A DNA stretch of 22,614 bases, taken from contig JAYUEN010000038.1 of NCBI GenBank assembly GCA_043739185.1, forward strand, positions 1-22,614, read 5' to 3'. The notes beneath the pieces were generated by a model. It did not search any database. It was given only the letters and a program-made list of their open reading frames with translations, and was not told the origin of the DNA. The stretch is from Bdellovibrionales bacterium (GTDB taxonomy: Bacteria > Bdellovibrionota > Bdellovibrionia > Bdellovibrionales > JAMPXM01). The position numbers and the translations under genes were made by a program. Each line of letters begins with the position of its first letter. Position 1 is the stretch's first letter. Positions 9,062-18,206 of the stretch are shown here, one piece after another.

Positions 9062-9172
9062 GAGTCAGTCCTCTACACACTTTATCCAGAGACCGAAACG
9101 GCCCCGCGGCTAACAGCTGCGGCGGCCACGAAAACTGATTTGATTTCTAGAATTGAAACCCCCAATGCTCGA
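9062..9172. repeat. Dispersed structured non-coding element, copy A
   Basis: Shares the ordered blocks accgaaac, aacagc, gcc(a/g)cgaaaactgattt and ccccaatg(c/g)tcga with 13441-13542. Closing stem 9062-9069/9134-9141 and GC-rich hairpin 9100-9127. Confidence 0.6.
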
Positions 9173-9177
9173 CTGCC

Positions 9178-9564
9178 CTATTTGCAAAGATAAGTTTCGT
9201 AAAAATAGACTCCGTCAGTCGATGCCCAGTGAATATTGGCCATTGGTTGCGAACCTTGTGTGCTCAGCAAAATCTGGATTCTCCAATAGGTCTTTGTATA
9301 AAAACTATCAAAGCTTCCGTATTTACTTGGAGCAAAGTTCTTTCCAACTGTAGATTTAGGCCAGATCATCGAAGGATCTTTGTAAGTTAAAGCCTTCGGT
9401 CCCAATACGATTTCAGAGAGCTTCAAAGTATCTTGTGAATTTGCAAGCTCCATCTGAAATTTTGCAAACATACTATTTGGAACTTTGGGCGCACATGTCT
9501 CAGCAAGTGCGAAATTTGTACTTAGGGAAAATGCTGCAAACATTAAGAGGCAATAGATTTTCAT
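9178..9564 (-). CDS. Small secreted protein of unknown function
   Basis: AAGGAG RBS; signal peptide MKIYCLLMFAAFSLSTNFALA; Cys near both ends of the mature chain (ETCAP, YLCK). Confidence 0.8.
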   Translation of the reverse strand: MKIYCLLMFAAFSLSTNFALAETCAPKVPNSMFAKFQMELANSQDTLKLSEIVLGPKALTYKDPSMIWPKSTVGKNFAPSKYGSFDSFYTKTYWRIQILLSTQGSQPMANIHWASTDGVYFYETYLCK

Positions 9565-9711
9565 GCGAGGCTCCTTTTAGATAAATTTTAATTTTTAAGC
9601 GCGAACGCTTTATTTTGGAGTATCTATATAGCAAGTAGCAAAATTCAATTAGATCGAAACCAAAAATTTATCATTCATCTCATGAATAGGCTTGAGTTCG
9701 AGCAAGAAATT

Positions 9712-10377
9712 TTATTCTTGAAATGTTGTAAGCAAAGTAAAGTCTGGATGATCCTTCAAAAGGGTTGCCGGAATATCACTAGTAGGCTCACTCTTTAAAA
9801 ATTTTTTAAAGACCATTAGTTTTTCATCACCCGTTGCGATGAGCCATATTTTACTTGCTTTTAGAAAAGCGCCCGCACCAAAGGTATTTGCGATTTTAGT
9901 TGTGGCGCCTTGAACCCTTTTGAAGCTTTGATCTGTCAATTCAACTTGACCGCCTAAAAAAGTTTTATCACCTCGACCGGGCTCATGAAATCCGATATGG
10001 CCGTTCGGGCCTAGCCCCAGTAACGCAAAATCAATTGGATGCGAAAGTACATTTTGAATATGTGCTTTCATTTGAGCTTCAGTCCACATCGGATCAATAG
10101 TTTCAAATTGGTCTTCTAGCCCTAAAGGCAAAATCAATTGATTTCGCAATTGGCTTAAAAATAACTGTTCAGGCTGGGCGAACTCGTCTATTTGGATGCC
10201 GTTAAACCTATGTCGCCAGTACGGATCGCTTCTCAATTTAGAATACAGCGCCTCTGCCGATCGCCCGGTAGGAAAGAAGCCACGCAGAGGAGTAGGTTTG
10301 AATTCACAAAACTCTCGCATCAAGACTTCAGTCCTGCTTGCAAGTTCGTCGGCGTTATTGAAACTTAAAATTTTCAT
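9712..10377 (-). CDS. nagB: Glucosamine-6-phosphate deaminase family protein
   Basis: PTGRS, IDEF, LGLGPNGHIGFHEPG (cf. LGIGxNGHIGFNEPG), ATGDEK, PATLLKDHP. Confidence 0.8.
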   Translation of the reverse strand: MKILSFNNADELASRTEVLMREFCEFKPTPLRGFFPTGRSAEALYSKLRSDPYWRHRFNGIQIDEFAQPEQLFLSQLRNQLILPLGLEDQFETIDPMWTEAQMKAHIQNVLSHPIDFALLGLGPNGHIGFHEPGRGDKTFLGGQVELTDQSFKRVQGATTKIANTFGAGAFLKASKIWLIATGDEKLMVFKKFLKSEPTSDIPATLLKDHPDFTLLTTFQE

Positions 10378-10407
10378 ATAGTTTATTTTGTGAGAAGCTT
10401 AACCCAT

Positions 10408-11094
10408 ATGTCACGCAAATTGAAAGCTCTGGTATGTATTGCTCACCCCGACGATGAAGCGCTGTTTTTTAGTGGTCTCATTGCTACTAAAAAATACGAT
10501 TGGACCATCGTTTGCGCAACCGATGCCAATGCCGATGGCTTAGGAGCTGAACGTAAAAAAAGATTTCAAAAATCCTGTCGTTTGCTGGGCATAAAAAAGT
10601 ATATTTATTTTGATTTTCCCGATGTCTTTGATCAGCGGCTGAATATTGATGAATTTATTCAAAAGCTTCAAGATTTAAATAAAGAAAACCAATTTGATTT
10701 GGTTTTTACTCACGGGATATTGGGAGAATACGGACATCAACATCATCAAGATGTTTGCTACTCTGTTTACACCAGTTTTTCTAAAAAAACCAAAATATAT
10801 TCTGTGGCCTATAATACTTTTCCCGAAATGAGAATAGCGCTTAGCCAAAAGATTTTTAATTTGAAAACTCAACTTCTTTGGAAAGTCTACGCTGAAGATA
10901 CCAAGTCACTACTGCATTTTTTGCCAGCCACAAGTGATGAAGGATTTATTCAAATTGAAGCGCGTGAAGTAAATGAAATTTATCATTTTTTAACCGGCAA
11001 GAAAAAACTGAACAAAAAAAATCTCAAAGTCTACGCCTGGCTTTACGACTATATTATGGGTAAAAATTACGAACTCAAAGCCCGGCCATTTTAA
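10408..11094 (+). CDS. PIG-L/LmbE family N-acetylglucosaminyl deacetylase
   Basis: AHPDDE metal-binding motif, R..RF..SC..LG, FTHG..GEYGHQHH (variant of HxDH). ATG 10408 is preferred; GTG 10390 is an alternative start. Confidence 0.85.
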   Translation: MSRKLKALVCIAHPDDEALFFSGLIATKKYDWTIVCATDANADGLGAERKKRFQKSCRLLGIKKYIYFDFPDVFDQRLNIDEFIQKLQDLNKENQFDLVFTHGILGEYGHQHHQDVCYSVYTSFSKKTKIYSVAYNTFPEMRIALSQKIFNLKTQLLWKVYAEDTKSLLHFLPATSDEGFIQIEAREVNEIYHFLTGKKKLNKKNLKVYAWLYDYIMGKNYELKARPF

Positions 11095-12056
11095 AATTGC
11101 CTGACCAGAAATTGAGCGGCACCTAAGATCCCAACTTCATCATTTAAAATTAATGAAACCGGAATACACTCAAGAAGTGGGCTCATTCTTCCTTTGTGAA
11201 GAAAGTCCTTTTGAAACTTTTTAGAATCAAAAAGTTTAACTAATTTCGGAGTGATTCCACCAGCAATAAAAAGTCCCGCAGTGGGCAAGCATTTCAGTGC
11301 TAGATTTGCCGCTTCAGTTGCAAGAATTTCAAAAAAGAGCTCAACTGTTTTTAAACAAATCTCATTTTCGCCTCTCAAGGCAGCATCGGTTATTTCGGCC
11401 GAGGCGCTTGGGCCACTATATGCTTGAGGATTTGAAAGTTTCTTTTCGTCTCTCAAAAATCGATAAATATTAAAAATACCTGGCCCACTTAAAACTCTTT
11501 CCCAGCTGACGTGGCCATATTCTTTAAATAAAAACTGTAATAGTTCAATTTGAATTTGTGATGTTGGGCTAAAGCTTGTGTGGCCGCCTTCTGTGGGCAT
11601 CGGCCAATGCTTTTTGCCATCCCAATATAAAATGGCTTCGCCAATTCCTGAGCCAGGAGCAATGACCGCTTGTGGACCAGGTTTGGCATTGCCCTTTAAA
11701 ATTTCTTTGAGATCACTTTTGCCAAGAATCGAAACGCCATTTGCAATGGCTTCAAGGTCATTTAACAAAAATGATTTTTTTAATTTAAATTGCGCTGCAA
11801 TTTGGTCGGCATTTATCTTCCAGCTTAAGTTGGTAATATCAACTTCTCTATCAATGACCGGTCCAGCGACGCCAAAACAGGCGCCGTTTAAGGGCTGAGG
11901 GTTTTTAGTTAAGAATCTGGCAACCACGCTTTCAAAATCATTGAATTCTGAGTTTTTGAAATATTCTTTAGCCCGAACAATCAATTTCTGATTTTCAAAT
12001 TCTAAAATCGCCAGGCGTGAATTACTGGCGCCTATATCTCCACAAAGAAATGTCAT
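11091..12056 (-). CDS. glk: Glucokinase (E. coli Glk-type)
   Basis: GDIGASNSR, GVAGPV, TNLSW, LLNDLEA, APGSGIGEA, TEGGH, VSWERVLSGPG, IAGGI, KGRM. Start 12056 is preferred over 12071. The 3' end overlaps the PIG-L gene by 4 bp. Confidence 0.88.
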   Translation of the reverse strand: MTFLCGDIGASNSRLAILEFENQKLIVRAKEYFKNSEFNDFESVVARFLTKNPQPLNGACFGVAGPVIDREVDITNLSWKINADQIAAQFKLKKSFLLNDLEAIANGVSILGKSDLKEILKGNAKPGPQAVIAPGSGIGEAILYWDGKKHWPMPTEGGHTSFSPTSQIQIELLQFLFKEYGHVSWERVLSGPGIFNIYRFLRDEKKLSNPQAYSGPSASAEITDAALRGENEICLKTVELFFEILATEAANLALKCLPTAGLFIAGGITPKLVKLFDSKKFQKDFLHKGRMSPLLECIPVSLILNDEVGILGAAQFLVRQF

Positions 12057-12152
12057 AAATAATTGCAACATTTCTTTGGCCTGAGCGCAAGGCTTGACTC
12101 AGAAATCCACCAAGTCTAAACCTCAAGCACTTTCTTTGCGATTGGAGCCAAT

Positions 12153-12623
12153 TTGAAAAACAAAGATGAGTTTTATCGATCCCTCACCCAGGAAGTAGTA
12201 GCGTATATAGACGAAGACTGGCTTACGAGTCTTGCAAACCTAAGTGCTCTGCTTAAGCAAAATTTAGCTGATACAAATTGGATCGGTTTTTATTTATATA
12301 AAAGTGGCGAGCTTGTACTCGGACCCTTTCAGGGTTTGCCAGCCTGTACGCGAATAAAAATTGGTAGGGGAGTATGCGGTAAGTCTGCCGAAAGCAGAAA
12401 AAGCATTCGCGTTCGTGACGTCCATGAATTTAAGGATCATATTGTTTGTGATTCGAATTCTCGCTCGGAGTTAGTGATTCCACTTGTTTTTAAGGACCGC
12501 CTCTTGGGCGTGCTTGATCTCGATTCGCCGAGTATTGACCGATTTGACGGTACTGATCAAAAGTCTTTAGAGCACATTGGAGAACTTATTTCTTCACGCA
12601 TTCATTGGCCTTCCCAATTTTAA
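12153..12623 (+). CDS. msrC: GAF-domain free methionine-R-sulfoxide reductase (MsrC/YebR)
   Basis: NWIGFY, LGPFQGLPAC, GVCG, HIVCD, SELVIP, LDLDS; GGAG before the TTG start. Confidence 0.9.
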   Translation: MKNKDEFYRSLTQEVVAYIDEDWLTSLANLSALLKQNLADTNWIGFYLYKSGELVLGPFQGLPACTRIKIGRGVCGKSAESRKSIRVRDVHEFKDHIVCDSNSRSELVIPLVFKDRLLGVLDLDSPSIDRFDGTDQKSLEHIGELISSRIHWPSQF

Positions 12624-12640
12624 GCTCCCAAATTACACCA

Positions 12641-12670
12641 ATAAAAAACCCGCCTGAAAGCGGGTTCTTA
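12641..12670. terminator. Terminator between convergent msrC and yceI (stronger on the minus strand)
   Basis: A-tract, then aacccgc (12647-12653) / gcgggtt (12660-12666), loop ctgaaa, then ctta. Confidence 0.75.
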
Positions 12671-12702
12671 ACGCTAGATATTACGAAATGTTAGCAGGCA
12701 CC

Positions 12703-13290
12703 CTAGTTTTTCTGAGCCTCGATCGTGATCTCGATTTTAACATCGTCGCCTAGGAGTTTCTCATAGGCTTTGTCTTTAAGATCCCAAGCCTTGTTCCACT
12801 CCATGCCGAATTCTTGGCGCTTAATAGTTGTATCGGCTTTAAAACTTGCGACTAACTTACCATCCATGCCTGGGCCTTCTCCCAAAAATTCTACTACGAA
12901 GGTAACGGGTTTGGTGACTCCGTGAAGAGTCATATCGCCGGTGACATCCATCTTTTTTGGACCAGTTGTTTTGACAGTTTTGCTTTTAAAGCTAATGTCT
13001 GGATTTTTGGTCGCATCGAAAAAATCGCCTGAAAGAAGGTGTTCATCTCGTTTTGAATTTTTTGTATCTACGCTTTTGGTAGCAATTTTAAAATCTACTT
13101 TTGAGCTCTCCATTTTTTTGGCGTCAAAGCTAAAAGTGCCACTAAAGTCCTTGAAGGATCCTTTTACTGGGGTAAACATATGTCTAATTTCAAAACCGAC
13201 GCCCGAGTGTACCGGATCAACTTTGAAATTTTCTGCATGGCTTAGACTTGAAATTGCGAGAATCGAAACTAAACTTAAAAGTGCTTTCAT
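12703..13290 (-). CDS. yceI: YceI family periplasmic polyisoprenoid-binding protein
   Basis: Signal peptide; DPVHSGVGFEIRH, SVDT..KRDEHL.S.DFFD, GDMTLHGVTKPV, RQEFGM.WN. Confidence 0.92.
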   Translation of the reverse strand: MKALLSLVSILAISSLSHAENFKVDPVHSGVGFEIRHMFTPVKGSFKDFSGTFSFDAKKMESSKVDFKIATKSVDTKNSKRDEHLLSGDFFDATKNPDISFKSKTVKTTGPKKMDVTGDMTLHGVTKPVTFVVEFLGEGPGMDGKLVASFKADTTIKRQEFGMEWNKAWDLKDKAYEKLLGDDVKIEITIEAQKN

Positions 13291-13440
13291 TGATGGTCTC
13301 CGTCGTTATTTGGTTAATGTAGTTTCAATCAAGCCTTTCTTGATGGATCAAGGCAAGAATAAAATTTGGCAGTTAAATTTCTCTTAATTTGGCCAATTGC
13401 GTGGAGTTCTGAAATACTAAATGCAGAAACGGCCAGACTG

Positions 13441-13542
13441 AAATCAGCGAGCTGAATCAGCTGACTGAAGCTGTTAACCGAAACAGGACAACAGCGAACT
13501 GCTGTCCGCTGCCGCGAAAACTGATTTAACCCCAATGGTCGA
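13441..13542. repeat. Dispersed structured non-coding element, copy B
   Basis: Same ordered blocks as 9062-9172. Closing stem aaatcag (13441-13447) / ctgattt (13521-13527); hairpin acagc/gctgt (13491-13505). Confidence 0.6.
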
Positions 13543-13550
13543 GGTAATTC

Positions 13551-13730
13551 TTATTTCAACTCTTTATGAAGCGTATGTTTACGCATTGAAGGATTGTACT
13601 TCATCTTCTCAAGGCGCTCAGGATGAGTTTGTGAATTTTTGGTTGTAGTATAGCGAGAAGGAGATTTATTTTCTTTTCTTGCTTCCGTGCACTCTAATGT
13701 GATGACTCGAATTTTACCCTTTTTCGCCAT
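13551..13730 (-). CDS. rpmG: 50S ribosomal protein L33 (59 aa)
   Basis: [43 protein letters not shown]. The likely start is ATG 13730 with AAGGA upstream, not 13808. Confidence 0.95.
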   Translation of the reverse strand: MAKKGKIRVITLECTEARKENKSPSRYTTTKNSQTHPERLEKMKYNPSMRKHTLHKELK

Positions 13731-13999
13731 TTCAGAATCCTTTGTGCTTTCAAGTGGGTGAGGCCACTTTTTTAAGTTAGGGGAGTAAGTAATCAAATTT
13801 CGCGTCATAAGTCAAATTTCTAATTTAAAACGCAGTTTTGGCCCTATATTTGCTCTTTAATTCATCTGGGACGCTTTTGCGAATTGAGCTTCAATAGAGG
13901 CAATTTAAAGGGCGCTGCCGATGCTGTAAATGGGCAGAATGCTGAGGATTTTGACACTTAGCGAGGCTAAAAAACAGTTGAAATGAGAGATAGTTTTAA

Positions 14000-14647
14000 A
14001 TGGTAAGGATATTTAGAGCAGCATATTTTTTACTCCTTTTGAGCCTTATTTTGGTTGGCCAAAACCTATGGAGCTCAGTTGAATCGAATGCAGGCGAGAA
14101 AATCGTCTGTCGATCTGATAATTTTGAGCAATACCAAAGCGGCGAAATTGTTGGTACCAATCGTCCCAATTCAAGAGGACAGCAGCTCAGTCTTCGCATT
14201 TTGCCGGTACCAAGTTCAAAGAAAAATCGGGCTGCGAAAATTGAAATAATGCAAATCAAGAAGGCAACCAAAACTAAAAAGCTGCGTAAGCTTAAAGACA
14301 AATCGATACATTCAACAAACTCGATTAATGCACAAAATAAATTCGCGGCAACACCTTACTACCGGGTGGCCCGTCTCGAAAGAGAAGGCGTCGTGGTGCG
14401 AGCAGGATACGGATTCACTGAAGTTACACCTTTAAATGAAGCCGGGCTTTTTATTGACGAATACGCACCGACTCAGTTTAGCCAGCTCAATCTTCCTAGC
14501 TTTCCTTATTTTTTGACTCTGAGATGGGTTGAGACAAATCCCAAGAGTGAGAAGTCATCGCCACATTTAGTAGACGCGGTTTTAACTTCAGATAGCTCTA
14601 AAAGACCTATGAAAATCAAATTTCGTTGCTTTGCTCGCGGAATTTAA
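14000..14647 (+). CDS. Secreted or membrane-anchored basic protein of unknown function
   Basis: N-terminal hydrophobic stretch AAYFLLLLSLILVG; Cys near both mature ends (IVCRS, FRCF); Lys-rich insert; 15 nt before the SDR gene. Confidence 0.65.
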   Translation: MVRIFRAAYFLLLLSLILVGQNLWSSVESNAGEKIVCRSDNFEQYQSGEIVGTNRPNSRGQQLSLRILPVPSSKKNRAAKIEIMQIKKATKTKKLRKLKDKSIHSTNSINAQNKFAATPYYRVARLEREGVVVRAGYGFTEVTPLNEAGLFIDEYAPTQFSQLNLPSFPYFLTLRWVETNPKSEKSSPHLVDAVLTSDSSKRPMKIKFRCFARGI

Positions 14648-14662
14648 TCCATAATCGCATTC

Positions 14663-15523
14663 ATGAAAAACAAAAGTGTTCTCATAACGGGTTGTTCAAG
14701 TGGTTTCGGCAAACTCTTAGTAACTGCTTTTTTAGACAAAAACTGGCGAGTGATTGCGACCATGAGAAATGCAGAAGCCAGGAGGGAACTTTTCGCCGCT
14801 GAACAAGAGAAGTTTGGTTCGAAGTTGGCTATTTTAAATTTGGATGTGACCTCTGAAGCGGATCTCTTAAATGTAGTGGAGCATATTCAAAGCAAAGAGG
14901 ATTCAAAGTTAGATTGTTTGATAAATAACGCTGGGCTGGGAGTTTTTTCAGCCTTAGAAGATGCCAGCCACGCTCAAATTAAAAATCAAATGGATATCAA
15001 TGTGACCGGGCTCATATTAACCACCAAGGCGATGCTGCCATTTTTACGAAAATCCAAAGGACATATTCTCAATTTCTCCTCGGTGTTGGGCTTTAGTGTT
15101 TTGCCACTGACCTCGCTTTATTGCAGTAGTAAGTATGCGGTCGAAGGTTTTACGGAGTCTCTATATTACGAACTTTTACCCCATGGCGTGCGGGTTAGCA
15201 TTGTTGAGCCGGGAGCTTTTTCAACTGATTTTAAAGCCAATGTTATTTACGGAGAAAACAGCGGCTCCGAAACTTCCCCCTATTTTCAGCAAACACAAAA
15301 TTATAAAAAATATACCGACGACTTCATCAACAAAGCCGGAAAGCCTGAAATTGTGGTGCGGGCTGTTCTGCAAGCTGTAGCTTGTAAGAAGCCGCCGCTG
15401 CGAATTCGCTGTGGTAAGGACGCGGCCTTGGTTTATCTCGCGAAAAGTCTAGCTCCTTCGCCACTCTTTCGTGGAATCAATCGTGCCTTTTTTAGGATGA
15501 CCATAAATAAGCCCACCGATTAA
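14663..15523 (+). CDS. Short-chain dehydrogenase/reductase (classical SDR)
   Basis: TGCSSGFG, NNAG, catalytic Ser (FSS), YCSSK, VEPG. Confidence 0.93.
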   Translation: MKNKSVLITGCSSGFGKLLVTAFLDKNWRVIATMRNAEARRELFAAEQEKFGSKLAILNLDVTSEADLLNVVEHIQSKEDSKLDCLINNAGLGVFSALEDASHAQIKNQMDINVTGLILTTKAMLPFLRKSKGHILNFSSVLGFSVLPLTSLYCSSKYAVEGFTESLYYELLPHGVRVSIVEPGAFSTDFKANVIYGENSGSETSPYFQQTQNYKKYTDDFINKAGKPEIVVRAVLQAVACKKPPLRIRCGKDAALVYLAKSLAPSPLFRGINRAFFRMTINKPTD

Positions 15524-15639
15524 AGCCCCTGCTTAATATCATTAACCCAATTCGTTGTTGTCTTGTCTAATTAGTATGAGGGATTCGAAAGGATTCGAAT
15601 TTCTCAGGGCAAAAGATTTTAGGATTTGCAGGAGGCAAT

Positions 15640-15747
15640 ATGACGGATTTACAAATTATCGCGGGCTTTACGTTTTTCTACGTGACGGCAGGCCTTGGGG
15701 TCAACCTCTGGCTGATGTCTCGAGCCTCGAAGGTCCGAAATAAATAG
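15640..15747 (+). CDS. Unannotated 35-aa single-helix membrane peptide MTDLQIIAGFTFFYVTAGLGVNLWLMSRASKVRNK
   Basis: Strong SD AGGAGG (15630-15635) just before ATG 15640; uncharged 21-residue core (I6-M26); basic tail; TAG at 15745-15747; own downstream terminator. Too short for the ORF track. Confidence 0.72.
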   Translation: MTDLQIIAGFTFFYVTAGLGVNLWLMSRASKVRNK

Positions 15748-15759
15748 TTGGAGTAAATT

Positions 15760-15801
15760 AGCTAAGATTAAAGCTAAGATAAAAGCTAAGATAAAAGCTA
15801 G
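15760..15801 (+). repeat. 12-bp tandem repeat agctaagat(t/a)aa, 3.5 copies
   Basis: agctaagattaa 15760-15771, agctaagataaa 15772-15783 and 15784-15795, partial agctag 15796-15801. Confidence 0.9.
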
Positions 15802-15821
15802 GTGAAGTGTTCAAATTTGAC

Positions 15822-15870
15822 GGCTCAGGATGGCTTTCCCCCTTTTGCATCCTGGGCCTTTTTTTGTTTT
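15822..15870 (+). terminator. Rho-independent terminator with large pyrimidine-rich loop
   Basis: ggctcaggatg (15822-15832) / catcctgggcc (15848-15858), loop gctttcccccttttg, followed by T7. Confidence 0.85.
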
Positions 15871-15915
15871 GACTTTGAATCTAGCCAATAGTTAGTTCCC
15901 TTGCCGAGGAACTTC

Positions 15916-18080
<2,165 letters not shown>

Positions 18081-18206
18081 GCCTTTCAAAAGGCTGCGCA
18101 GCATTCACCTTTAGCTTCAAAATTTAAAGTGTTTGCAATGCTTAAGAGAATATTCGATGATGTTTTTTAAGTTTTTTTTCATCTGAGCTTATTTAAGGAG
18201 TAGCAC

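Noticed and set aside
9059..9130. Hammerhead ribozyme resemblance in the repeat element (ctgagtca-gtc...gac-cgaaac-stem; copy B ctgactga...cgaaac)
   Set aside because: The core is not CUGANGA, the stem II closing G-C pair is missing, and no NUH cleavage triplet follows the putative stem III in either copy.
13861..13926. c-di-GMP-I riboswitch-like words (gggacgc ... gctgccgatg)
   Set aside because: Lacks the GCAAA/GAAA tetraloop-receptor architecture and the paired stems.
15555..15743. 62-aa ORF from the track
   Set aside because: No RBS and no protein-like features. It overlaps the better-supported 35-aa ORF in another frame.
15760..15801. CRISPR-like array
   Set aside because: The 12-bp units are directly adjacent with no spacers, and no cas genes are present.
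15750..15915. preQ1 riboswitch upstream of queA
   Set aside because: No recognisable preQ1 aptamer stem-loop with A-rich tail. The hairpin is explained as the terminator of the upstream small gene.
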